IMG/VR virus record: IMGVR_UViG_3300011980_000002
Span: 1-64,000 of that record
Length of the DNA: 64,000 bases
Strand: one strand, 5' to 3'
Source of the DNA: a virus
In this document: piece by piece, positions 8,716 through 17,386 of the stretch
Numbering within the stretch: the first letter of the stretch is position 1
Layout: every line of letters starts with the position of its first letter
Notes under the pieces: generated by a model
The model's database searches: none
Seen by the model: the letters and a program-made list of their open reading frames with translations, nothing else
What the model was told of the DNA's origin: nothing
Translations under genes and position numbers: made by a program

Positions 8716-10089
8716 ATGAGCGGTATTATATTTAATGCCTCTAAAACAAAAGTAATCGTAGACCCAGAAACTGGAGAAGAAATAATAGAAGAACCTAAAG
8801 TCCAAGAAAGGTCTAATGATATAGAGGTAAAGAAAAATAGATTTAGATTTAATGATGAGAAAAGAAAGGAATTAGAAGAATTATATTCAACAGTGGTAGT
8901 TAGAGATTTTGAAGATAATTACCATAAGAAAATTACTACAACATCTCAAGATGTAATTGATGCATATAAGACTATTGGAAGGATGAAATCTAAGTATAGA
9001 AATATCGAAGAGTATATTGTGGTAATGAGAAAATGTGTAGATTTCTTAAAAGTAATTGCTTCTAAGAATACCCTTATTATGAAACCAGAAGAATTTGTAT
9101 CACGAGCATTAAAACGAAAGATACAAATATTTGGTTTTAACCCACCAAAATATATTGGTAGTGATAGAAAAGATATTAACTGGAATGAGGTTGCTAAGTA
9201 TGTATGTGATAAATCATTAGACCCAAATGATTTATCTATACGTAGTAAAGAAATATCTTATTTGGAAGATGATGAATTTGAATCAGATGAAGCAAGACTA
9301 AAGCATTATTTCTCACCAGACCAAATTAAAGAAATATTTGGTAAGAAGATTAATCATTCCGTTACAATGGGATATGATGAAGACTTAGATAAGAAAGGTC
9401 TCGGTTTAGTAACAGCATTCTCTAAGAAAGAAATTAAGAGAATGAATAAAGATATGCCTGAGCTTAATAGAATAATTAAAGATTATAATAAGAAGATGAG
9501 AGCTGAGGATAATCTATTACAATATGCGTATGAGATAGAATCTGATGCATTTGATATTATAAGAAAGATGGATGAGAAGAGAGGATTCTTTAAGAAAGAC
9601 AAATTACCAAAGTTCAAAGGTAAGTTAACATCTAGTAAAGATATTAAGAGATATCTTTATGAATTAGAGAAGTATAGAGAGGAACATGAGTATGTAAATT
9701 ATCGTGGTAATATGATGACCTTGGAAGAATACAATGATGCTAAGACTAAAGATAAGTTAGATGAAGCAGGTTGGAATGTAAGAAAGCTCTATAGAGATAA
9801 AGCTGAGGAGAAGAAACAAAAAGAAGATGAGAAAATGTATAGAGCTAAAGAGAAGAGGTTAAAGAAGAAGTTAGAGAAATTAGATATGAAATACAAAAGA
9901 GAAACAGGTCAGCCATTAGATGAGTATTATATTAATAAAGAAAAGAAGAAAGCTAAAAAGAAATCTAAGAAAAAAGCAGATAGATTTGCCGATTTAGCTA
10001 GTAAAGAAGTATCTAATGGAAAGCATAAATCATTCTCTGAATATGAAGAAGAGATGATGAATATGACTTGGTCTTTTGGAAAGGAGTAA
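8716..10089 (+). CDS. Hypothetical K/E-rich protein, 457 aa
   Basis: Long ORF with GAAAGGAG upstream. The C-terminal third is highly charged and looks coiled-coil-like. Confidence 0.6.
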   Translation: MSGIIFNASKTKVIVDPETGEEIIEEPKVQERSNDIEVKKNRFRFNDEKRKELEELYSTVVVRDFEDNYHKKITTTSQDVIDAYKTIGRMKSKYRNIEEYIVVMRKCVDFLKVIASKNTLIMKPEEFVSRALKRKIQIFGFNPPKYIGSDRKDINWNEVAKYVCDKSLDPNDLSIRSKEISYLEDDEFESDEARLKHYFSPDQIKEIFGKKINHSVTMGYDEDLDKKGLGLVTAFSKKEIKRMNKDMPELNRIIKDYNKKMRAEDNLLQYAYEIESDAFDIIRKMDEKRGFFKKDKLPKFKGKLTSSKDIKRYLYELEKYREEHEYVNYRGNMMTLEEYNDAKTKDKLDEAGWNVRKLYRDKAEEKKQKEDEKMYRAKEKRLKKKLEKLDMKYKRETGQPLDEYYINKEKKKAKKKSKKKADRFADLASKEVSNGKHKSFSEYEEEMMNMTWSFGKE

Positions 10090-10102
10090 TAATAAGAAGT
10101 AA

Positions 10103-11050
10103 ATGAAAAGAAGAATTGTTAGTAAAATAATTGATATCTTTAAACCCGAGATATTAATTAAACTAAATGAAATAAGTTATCAAGCAGAATCGAACAAGGC
10201 TAAGGGTGACATGATAGCTAACCTTTTAACTGAATATAAAATAGAAAGGTTTCTATTAGGTTCTGGTACCAACAGACTAGGAGTTCAAATTGGTGATACT
10301 GTGTTTAAGATAGCCTTGGATAAACATGGTAAAACTGATAATAAACGAGAGTTTAAATATACAGATAAATTGCAACCATATGTAATTAAAGTATATGAAT
10401 GTACTTTTGATGGATTAGTTGCAGCGTGTGAACCGTTTATACCGATGTCACAATCAGATTTCATTGAGAATAAAGAAGGAATAATAGAGATATTAGCAGA
10501 TATCTCGAGGAATTTCTTTATTGGTGATATTGGATATCTTCCGGATAAGAATTATGCAAACTGGGGTTTTAGAAAGACCGATAATTCTATCGGTATATTA
10601 GATTTTGCATATATCTATTCTGTAAACTATAATACCTTTACTTGTACTTGTGAAGGAAAACCATTTCTTTACTATGATGATAACTATGTCAAATTACTAT
10701 GTCCCGCTTGTGGTAGGAAATGGGAATTCAAAGAAATAAGAAAACGTATTAAAAAGGAGGACGAAGAAAAAGAGATTGGAGATATAATGGAATTATCATA
10801 TAATGTAAAAGAGTATGAAAATACTGTAGAGGTTAATGATAATTATACAAGGTCTATTTATACTGACATAAGAGAGCAAGAATTAGAGAAATCTAAGAAG
10901 ATGGCTACTAAACATCGTATAAGAGAAATAATGAGAAAGGCTGATGAAAGAAGAAATAAATCATTTAATGAATTTGAATTAGATGACCCGAGAACTTTCG
11001 ATGAACTCATTAAGTGTATTAAAAGTAGACCTGATGTAAAGACTATCTAA
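10103..11050 (+). CDS. Putative protein-kinase-like protein with an internal Cys4 zinc ribbon
   Basis: It has a Gly-rich loop plus Lys (LGSGTNRLGVQIGDTVFKIALDK), a catalytic-loop-like segment GDIGYLPDKNYANWG and a DFG-like ILDFAY. These are followed by CTCEGK...CPACG. Confidence 0.4.
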   Translation: MKRRIVSKIIDIFKPEILIKLNEISYQAESNKAKGDMIANLLTEYKIERFLLGSGTNRLGVQIGDTVFKIALDKHGKTDNKREFKYTDKLQPYVIKVYECTFDGLVAACEPFIPMSQSDFIENKEGIIEILADISRNFFIGDIGYLPDKNYANWGFRKTDNSIGILDFAYIYSVNYNTFTCTCEGKPFLYYDDNYVKLLCPACGRKWEFKEIRKRIKKEDEEKEIGDIMELSYNVKEYENTVEVNDNYTRSIYTDIREQELEKSKKMATKHRIREIMRKADERRNKSFNEFELDDPRTFDELIKCIKSRPDVKTI

Positions 11051-11138
11051 ATATTTAGATAGTCTTGAATATTTATATAAGGTATATATACTATTTATCT
11101 TGAATAAGGATTTTATATAAAGGAAAGGAAAAAAAGAA

Positions 11139-12287
11139 ATGTCTAAGAAGAAAAAGAAACATAAAAAAGTTAGATTTGTATCAAGTATTAATGTATCCTC
11201 TAAGGGTTTTAATAGTCTATCTAACGATGATAGAGAAGTACTAGCTCAGCAATTATATGAGCTTCGTCAAGCAATGGAAAACGGTGATGTCGATACAGCT
11301 ATGAATGAATTTGAAAATATGAGTTCAGATAATAATGAATCATATACAGAGAATTCTATAGATAATATGATATCGGATTTCTTATATGGAAATACTACAT
11401 CTAATAATAGATGTGATTGTACTAATTCATATAATGAACCGGTTTTCCAAGGTGATAGAGTATTAAATAATAATAAACCTTCAGATACTGATGGTGATAT
11501 CAATCTGTATAGGTATGGTATAAAACATTTAACAGCTCAGACAGATGCTGAAATTAATAATTATATCGCAGATGCCTTATCTGATAATAATAAAGATATA
11601 GATAATGAAGAAGATGAAGATTTTGATGATGAGTATATAACTTGTGATTTAATTACTCATGCAATGAAATCTTATTCCAATGAATTATTTAGTCTTGATA
11701 ATGATACTATCGTTAGTGAAATTGATAATTTCACAGAAGTTATGAAAACCGCGGAAAGGATATATGTAAAAATGTTACTAGCAAATGGATTAGATGTTGA
11801 AAATATATTACTGTTAAGAAAGAGGATGTTTGAAGACATGGGACTTAAAATGCCGGAAGAAATTTCAAATATAGAGTTAGCAAAAGCAAAACTCTATGGT
11901 GATAATGAGACAACAAAATCAGTAAATGATAGTAAACCAGAAGTTAATGAAGAGATAATTAATAATGAACCTGAAATAGAAGAACCTGAAGAAGTTGAAG
12001 ATGATGAGGATTTAGACTTAGATGATAACGGTTGGTCAGATATATCAGTTAATAATTCTACTGAGGAGATATCTGAAGAGATTTCAATGAATATAAAGAA
12101 AGAACCAGAACCTGAAAAACCTAAACCATCTGAAGAGCCTAAACCAACTGTGGAAAATAAACAACCTGAAAAGAAACCTGAAGAACCTGTAGTTCACAGA
12201 AAGACACCAATTGGTGCTCATGTAGAAACTATTAGTGACGAGGAATTAGACAGTGTTGTTATTATGCCACATAGAAGAAAGTCATAA
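11139..12287 (+). CDS. Acidic low-complexity protein
   Basis: 382 aa with D/E/N-rich tracts and a PE/PK-rich tail (EPEPEKPKPSEEPKPTVENKQPEKKPEEP). Confidence 0.55.
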   Translation: MSKKKKKHKKVRFVSSINVSSKGFNSLSNDDREVLAQQLYELRQAMENGDVDTAMNEFENMSSDNNESYTENSIDNMISDFLYGNTTSNNRCDCTNSYNEPVFQGDRVLNNNKPSDTDGDINLYRYGIKHLTAQTDAEINNYIADALSDNNKDIDNEEDEDFDDEYITCDLITHAMKSYSNELFSLDNDTIVSEIDNFTEVMKTAERIYVKMLLANGLDVENILLLRKRMFEDMGLKMPEEISNIELAKAKLYGDNETTKSVNDSKPEVNEEIINNEPEIEEPEEVEDDEDLDLDDNGWSDISVNNSTEEISEEISMNIKKEPEPEKPKPSEEPKPTVENKQPEKKPEEPVVHRKTPIGAHVETISDEELDSVVIMPHRRKS

Positions 12288-12320
12288 GATTTCTATAAGG
12301 TGATTTTAAATTTACATAAT

Positions 12321-12382
12321 AATTAAGTTATAGTGAACTTATTTAGATACGAATATTATCTAAAATTCACTATAACTTAATT
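12321..12382 (+). terminator. Hairpin terminator
   Basis: 17-nt arms aattaagttatagtgaa / ttcactataacttaatt. Confidence 0.55.
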
Positions 12383-12415
12383 ATACTTTTATTATATAGA
12401 AAGGGATAAATTATT

Positions 12416-13072
12416 ATGTCCTTATTATTAATGACTGATAGTAAATTTAATGGTAAGTATTTAAGACATGAGTCTGAAGATACTATAAAAGATACAACTA
12501 TAGTTGTATTATCTGATAAAGTAAGATTAGATGATGAGTTTAGGAGTCAGATTGTAGATGGTTCTCATGCTTTACCGTCAGTTACCACTATAATGGAAAT
12601 AGATGGTGATAGTGATGTTAAACTAAGTTCCAATAGCTCGTATATTAATCATTACTATGAAGAATTAGAAAGTGAGCATATGTTATTTTTCGCTAGACTA
12701 ATTTATATGGTAATTACTAATTCCAAGAAGATGTTTCTTATTGTTACATCTGATAAAGAAGATATGGGATTAAATCTCTTAAAGATAATTGGTAATTGGA
12801 TATATAAGAAGTTTAAGTATCATGCTCATGTATATAAAAAATCATATGATAATTTATTAGATATAAATGTAAAAGTAGATAAGATTGAGAAGAAATGTAT
12901 AAAGAATATTTCTAAGTTTAAGAAAACTTATCCTAGAAAATATTATGAGGGAATTACTAATAAAGAATTCAAATTTGAAGCAAAGAAATTTGGAGTATGG
13001 GATAAGTATAGAAATAGAGCAGATATGATAGAAGATATCTTGTTCTTAATAGATATGGAAGATGGTAAATAA
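12416..13072 (+). CDS. Hypothetical protein
   Basis: ORF of 218 aa with GAAAGGGA upstream. Confidence 0.55.
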   Translation: MSLLLMTDSKFNGKYLRHESEDTIKDTTIVVLSDKVRLDDEFRSQIVDGSHALPSVTTIMEIDGDSDVKLSSNSSYINHYYEELESEHMLFFARLIYMVITNSKKMFLIVTSDKEDMGLNLLKIIGNWIYKKFKYHAHVYKKSYDNLLDINVKVDKIEKKCIKNISKFKKTYPRKYYEGITNKEFKFEAKKFGVWDKYRNRADMIEDILFLIDMEDGK

Positions 13073-13084
13073 TATTTATACTAT

Positions 13085-13867
13085 ATGGAAAATCTATATC
13101 TAAGAACTCTATACACTTCTCAAGATATCACATATTTATTTAATAAAAATATCTATGAATATGATATAAAACAAGCCGGTTTTAACATCAGTAAAGAATT
13201 AAAATTATTACCCGAGCAATTGCTCGATGAGATATATAAAACATCGAAAAACAAGAAAGAAATAGCTATTAAGCTAGGAAATATCCAAAGAAAAGATAAA
13301 ATCTTTAAAGAAAAATTGAATAATGGATTTATATATAGTAGAAAATTATTATTTGAAAATAATGACTTAAAATATGAAGATATTATATCAATTAAAAAAG
13401 ATGCTATCTTAACTACAAAAGCTTGTAGTAAAACTAAATTTGGATATATAGAATTTATTAATAAGAATATTTATACAGATTATATCTTATTAGGAAAATT
13501 AGAATTGTACTATAATAAAGATAGTGATAAATTAGATGTTAAAGGAATAGATGATGAATTGTTAATATCTCATAATAATGATATTATTATCTTTATTAAG
13601 AAATTTATTAATCTCTGTAATTATAATGATAAAGAAAGATTATTAAGATTTACAAGATTATTCTTAGATAAGTATAAGAATAGAAAATTACCAATAAGCT
13701 ATTATAGAGAATTTAATAGTGGTAATTTATTCTATGATATAAATGGTAATAGTTTTGATTATATATTTAATACAGATATTAATGATGTTGATATTAGTTA
13801 TAATTATACTAATATAATAACACCATTAATATCTTTAGCATTATCGATAAGATACGATAGTAAATAA
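13085..13867 (+). CDS. Hypothetical protein
   Basis: ORF of 260 aa with no clear SD; it may be translationally coupled to the previous gene. Confidence 0.5.
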   Translation: MENLYLRTLYTSQDITYLFNKNIYEYDIKQAGFNISKELKLLPEQLLDEIYKTSKNKKEIAIKLGNIQRKDKIFKEKLNNGFIYSRKLLFENNDLKYEDIISIKKDAILTTKACSKTKFGYIEFINKNIYTDYILLGKLELYYNKDSDKLDVKGIDDELLISHNNDIIIFIKKFINLCNYNDKERLLRFTRLFLDKYKNRKLPISYYREFNSGNLFYDINGNSFDYIFNTDINDVDISYNYTNIITPLISLALSIRYDSK

Positions 13868-13890
13868 TTTTTAAATGAATTATTAAATTA

Positions 13891-14346
13891 CTATCGTATC
13901 TTATTATTTTTTGTCGAATCCATATCTCTAGTAGTATATAATAATACGATAGATGATTTTTTTACTATATAAGACATAATATAATCTCTTGTAATAATAG
14001 AATCATCTGAATTTAATTTCTCTAATAATTTAACATTAATTCCATTATAAACTGAAGTAGCAATCTTTTCTACATCTTTATCTATATTAATAAAATTATA
14101 TCCTTTATTATTAAACTGAATTTGTTCTTTTAACACATGAGCTACTTCATTATCTATGAGCCTATCAATTAAATTCAATAAAGCATCTGTACTTTCTATT
14201 GCATCTATTATATTTGTATCATAATCCATCTTAGTAATTCTTGCATTATATTTAACTTCCTCATTATATAGATATAATGAATAAACGGTTAATGGTAAAA
14301 CTGCAATTGCTGATAAAATTAAAATAAATAATAAAAAACTTCCCAT
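13891..14346 (-). CDS. Membrane-anchored hypothetical protein
   Basis: 151 aa with an N-terminal hydrophobic helix, FLLFILILSAIAVLPLTVYSLYLY. Confidence 0.55.
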   Translation of the reverse strand: MGSFLLFILILSAIAVLPLTVYSLYLYNEEVKYNARITKMDYDTNIIDAIESTDALLNLIDRLIDNEVAHVLKEQIQFNNKGYNFINIDKDVEKIATSVYNGINVKLLEKLNSDDSIITRDYIMSYIVKKSSIVLLYTTRDMDSTKNNKIR

Positions 14347-14382
14347 AATATAAATCTCACTTTCTGTATTTTGTAAATATAT

Positions 14383-14410
14383 GTTAGTATACTATTTATA
14401 TGTAAATAAA
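14383..14410 (+). promoter_or_regulatory. Class-1 promoter-like motif (TATACTATTTA-NN-TGTAAATAAA)
   Basis: gttagtatactatttatatgtaaataaa lies about 30 nt before the SD of the 38-codon ORF at 14440. Confidence 0.45.
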
Positions 14411-14439
14411 ATATATTAAAAAAGAAAGGAGAAACTACT

Positions 14440-14556
14440 ATGATGTTTAATGACATAGATAGGTTCTTTATGAGTTTTCTAGGTGGTAGTGGATATTTAG
14501 TCCTTATCACCGTTCTATTTATAGTTTTCACATACTTTCTCAACCCACTTATGTGA
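14440..14556 (+). CDS. Small hydrophobic peptide (38 aa), absent from the ORF track
   Basis: AAAGGAGAAA sits 7 nt upstream. My translation is MMFNDIDRFFMSFLGGSGYLVLITVLFIVFTYFLNPLM. The overlapping minus-strand track ORF 14319..14741 has no SD. Confidence 0.4.
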   Translation: MMFNDIDRFFMSFLGGSGYLVLITVLFIVFTYFLNPLM

Positions 14557-14788
14557 GAAGAGTTTATAAAGTATAATAGAAGAAGAATTAAAAGGTTCTT
14601 CTTCAGAAGAAGACGCAACCGAATGGTGTTAAAATACGCACCAGCTTCTAAGAGAAGCAACGGTGAGCGTCGCAGAGAATTTATTAGAAGATATCGTAAT
14701 AGATAATCTTCTAATAAATAAAAAATATAAGAAATTATCATAATTGATTTTATCTTATATTTTTTTGATTTTTCATTATAATAATAGA

Positions 14789-14811
14789 CATATACTATTA
14801 AGGTGTAATAA
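14789..14811 (+). promoter_or_regulatory. Class-1 promoter-like motif
   Basis: catatactattaaggtgtaataa lies upstream of 14848. Confidence 0.4.
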
Positions 14812-14847
14812 TGATAATATAATTCAAATTAAAAGGAGAAAAGAAAT

Positions 14848-15339
14848 ATGTTTGGAAGAAAAGTAGCGGTTTTTAATTATGCAAATAATGATACTATCAA
14901 CAGGGCAACAAGAGATATCATGAGAAATAATAGCCATAATACTCAGAGAATAATCAACACTATTGTTGGTTGTACTGCTGGTATAGTTGCACTAGCAGGA
15001 ACTCGTATGATATATGAGAAATGGAAAAAGAATAAGCAGCTTGAAGATATTAATGGTACACTCTCAGTAATGTCAGATAATCTTGATGATAATACTGAAG
15101 CTGTGGATTTCTTAAACGATATGCTTGTCGAAGAAAAAGAGGCTAAAGATAGATCTAAGGATCCACTATGGCAAGATGTTATAGATAAGTATAACGAGCA
15201 GTATGAGAAGAACCATTCAAAAGATGCTGATGATAGTCTTGATATTCATGGAAGAGAAGCAAAAGACGAAGTTAAGACAGAAAGTACTGAAACGAAAGAA
15301 ACTGTTACAGAAACTAAGTCTAAAAAGACTTCTAAGTAA
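14848..15339 (+). CDS. Hypothetical protein with one predicted TM helix
   Basis: Consensus leader AAAAGGAGAAAAGAAATATG. It has the hydrophobic stretch IINTIVGCTAGIVALAGT and an acidic, T/K-rich tail. Confidence 0.6.
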   Translation: MFGRKVAVFNYANNDTINRATRDIMRNNSHNTQRIINTIVGCTAGIVALAGTRMIYEKWKKNKQLEDINGTLSVMSDNLDDNTEAVDFLNDMLVEEKEAKDRSKDPLWQDVIDKYNEQYEKNHSKDADDSLDIHGREAKDEVKTESTETKETVTETKSKKTSK

Positions 15340-15345
15340 CGGTTA

Positions 15346-15392
15346 AAATAAATACGATATATAGTTTGATTCCTATATATCGTATTTATTTT
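15346..15392. terminator. Bidirectional hairpin between convergent genes
   Basis: aaataaatacgatatatag / ctatatatcgtatttattt, with a T-run on the plus strand and an A-run before it. Confidence 0.6.
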
Positions 15393-15395
15393 TTT

Positions 15396-16166
15396 TTATT
15401 TATTTTCACTAACCATGAATATTTTTACTACAGGTTTTATAAATGACTCAAATGCAGATAAATATGATGATGGATCATATTGACCACTTTTACCGCCACC
15501 GTTTAAATTAGCAAATAAGAATATCTTATTTTCGTTAGGATATATTATATGATCACTATTAAGTCTGGATAGAAATTTTCCAACTTGTTGTATTCCTAAA
15601 GATGATATTTCATTGTACTTCTCCAATAGCGAAGATGTATCAAATGTCAATTTGATATCTGTATATGACCTAACTCCATTAGCTGTTCCATCCATATGTG
15701 CATAATGACTAAGTACATCGTTAGGAAAATCTATTTCTATATATGCAGTAGCATCAGCATTTTGGAACATACTAGACCAACTATCTCTTCCATAATTACC
15801 ATTAATACCTTTAGCACCAATTGCAATAGTACCATATAACATTCTTCTTTTTATAGAAGAATCTTTACCTGATCTACTTATCACTTCTTGTAGTTTTATA
15901 TCATGAACGGCTGTATCGTCTATATTAGCTATAGTATCAATATTGTAATTTTCTTTATTCAATGCAGTTACAATTTCTCCAGCAGTCATTTTACCACCAC
16001 CAGGTTGTGGGGTCGGTGTCGGTGTTGGAGTAGCTGGACTACCGCCACCTGTATATGGAGTTCCATCGTCATTGACAATATCACTCTTTCGAACTTTTAT
16101 AAAGAATGGTTTTATTTCACCAGTCGTTATATCTCGTTCCATTAAAAACCCTCTATTACAATCCAT
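15396..16166 (-). CDS. Hypothetical structural-type protein with a TP-repeat linker
   Basis: 256 aa with AAAGGTGG upstream. An N-terminal TGEIKPFFIKV motif is followed by the linker GGGSPATPTPTPTPQPGGG. Confidence 0.55.
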   Translation of the reverse strand: MDCNRGFLMERDITTGEIKPFFIKVRKSDIVNDDGTPYTGGGSPATPTPTPTPQPGGGKMTAGEIVTALNKENYNIDTIANIDDTAVHDIKLQEVISRSGKDSSIKRRMLYGTIAIGAKGINGNYGRDSWSSMFQNADATAYIEIDFPNDVLSHYAHMDGTANGVRSYTDIKLTFDTSSLLEKYNEISSLGIQQVGKFLSRLNSDHIIYPNENKIFLFANLNGGGKSGQYDPSSYLSAFESFIKPVVKIFMVSENK

Positions 16167-16180
16167 TTATACCACCTTTC

Positions 16181-17230
16181 TTATAACTTAGATAATTCTG
16201 GATAGAATAGTCTTATGTTCTTATCTTTCTTAATTATATCTGTGAGTATTGTATCATTCAATAAGAATGATCCTTGTATTGTATTTATTATTACAAAGAA
16301 TATATATGGTAAATAATCTAATGCTAATATACAAGCTCCATGATATGTAACCATATATCTTTGTAATACATATTTTACAGATAATTTATCAAATCTTACA
16401 CTTAATGATTTAATAAATAATAATAAATCCACTACGCTTGTAATATTCTTATTAGTATAATCTTCCCATACTAATTTAAGATTATTATAATCCGGAGTTT
16501 TCATATTACTTACAGCAATATTAAACATCGTATCTTGATTATTCATTTCCCAGATTTTCTCTAAATAGAATCTGGATATTACTAAAGACACATTATCATA
16601 TAATCCTTGGTCTAATGATAATGCATATTCTCTTGATAGTATTCTTAAAAACATCTCTGTATAAATACCACAAGTTAATCTTGATAATCCCATAGACCTA
16701 TTTACTCTCATTGGGTTTAAATATATCTGTAATGCTATATAAGCTGACTCCATTAATACATATAATTCTTTAGAATTAATCTTTAATTGGTCATCACTTA
16801 CACTGGAGAAATTTCCTATTAGTATAGTAACTTTAATGTCTTTACTATTACTAGCAGTTCCACCAGCTTTTCTTATTATATACGGAATAGCAGTAGGAAC
16901 TTTTACCATTTTATTATAGAGAATTTCTATATCTCCACTATTATAAGCATTTAACACATTATCTAACAATGGTGATATTTTGACTCTCTTAAATACACTA
17001 ACCTGTTCCTCTATCATTCCTATATCTATAATACTAGCAGTCTTTATATATTTAACAATATCGTCAGTTAGTTTTTTACTCTCATTAAATGTATTAAATA
17101 CATATGAATTCTCTAAACTAGCTGCTTCATACATACAGTCAGATTTATTTATAGATGGAATTGTATATTCCATTAACAAATCAAAGTCTTTAGATATACT
17201 TTCGACTAGTAATTCATCAATATAGTTCAT
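16181..17230 (-). CDS. Hypothetical protein, 349 aa
   Basis: Long ORF with AAGAAAGGGAAGAG upstream on the minus strand. It appears co-transcribed with 15396..16166. Confidence 0.6.
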   Translation of the reverse strand: MNYIDELLVESISKDFDLLMEYTIPSINKSDCMYEAASLENSYVFNTFNESKKLTDDIVKYIKTASIIDIGMIEEQVSVFKRVKISPLLDNVLNAYNSGDIEILYNKMVKVPTAIPYIIRKAGGTASNSKDIKVTILIGNFSSVSDDQLKINSKELYVLMESAYIALQIYLNPMRVNRSMGLSRLTCGIYTEMFLRILSREYALSLDQGLYDNVSLVISRFYLEKIWEMNNQDTMFNIAVSNMKTPDYNNLKLVWEDYTNKNITSVVDLLLFIKSLSVRFDKLSVKYVLQRYMVTYHGACILALDYLPYIFFVIINTIQGSFLLNDTILTDIIKKDKNIRLFYPELSKL

Positions 17231-17274
17231 TATTCAACTCTTCCCTTTCTTAATAATTTTTTATAGATTATCCT

Positions 17275-17286
17275 TATGTTTTTTGG
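17275..17286 (-). promoter_or_regulatory. Class-2 promoter-like motif CCAAAAAACATA (minus strand)
   Basis: The plus strand reads tatgttttttgg. It lies about 45 nt upstream of the start at 17230 and is identical to the motif at 33927..33938. Confidence 0.35.
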
Positions 17287-17318
17287 TTAATATATCGAGA
17301 ATTGCCTAGAATATGTAT

Positions 17319-17327
17319 AAAAAACAT
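17319..17327 (+). promoter_or_regulatory. Class-2 promoter-like motif AAAAAACAT
   Basis: tataaaaaacattc lies about 60 nt upstream of ATG 17387. Confidence 0.3.
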
Positions 17328-17386
17328 TCACTTAACCTGAGAAGTGTTAAAAAATATAACAGAAAGGAGAGAAATAAATATAACTT

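Noticed and set aside
13085-13867. A possible family-A DNA polymerase palm/fingers fragment. YEYDIKQAGFNI could be a DYSQIELR-like motif A, KKEIAIKLGNIQ a motif-B-like segment and KGIDDELL a motif-C-like segment, with roughly compatible spacing.
   Set aside because: The matches are short, degenerate and easy to obtain by chance in a K/I/N/D-rich protein, and the key invariant residues (the motif B R..K...F..Y pattern) are not all present. An HMM or structure search is needed before any call.
14319-14741. A 140-aa minus-strand ORF in the gap between 13891..14346 and 14848..15339.
   Set aside because: It has no SD, a Leu/Arg-rich low-complexity translation, and its 3' end overlaps the start of gene 13891..14346. 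The plus strand has a promoter-like motif plus an SD-led 38-codon ORF (14440..14556) and a hairpin gaagaagaa/ttcttcttc, which explains the region better. A further 27-codon plus-strand frame at 14623 (MVLKYAPASKRSNGERRREFIRRYRNR) has no convincing SD, so I did not call it.
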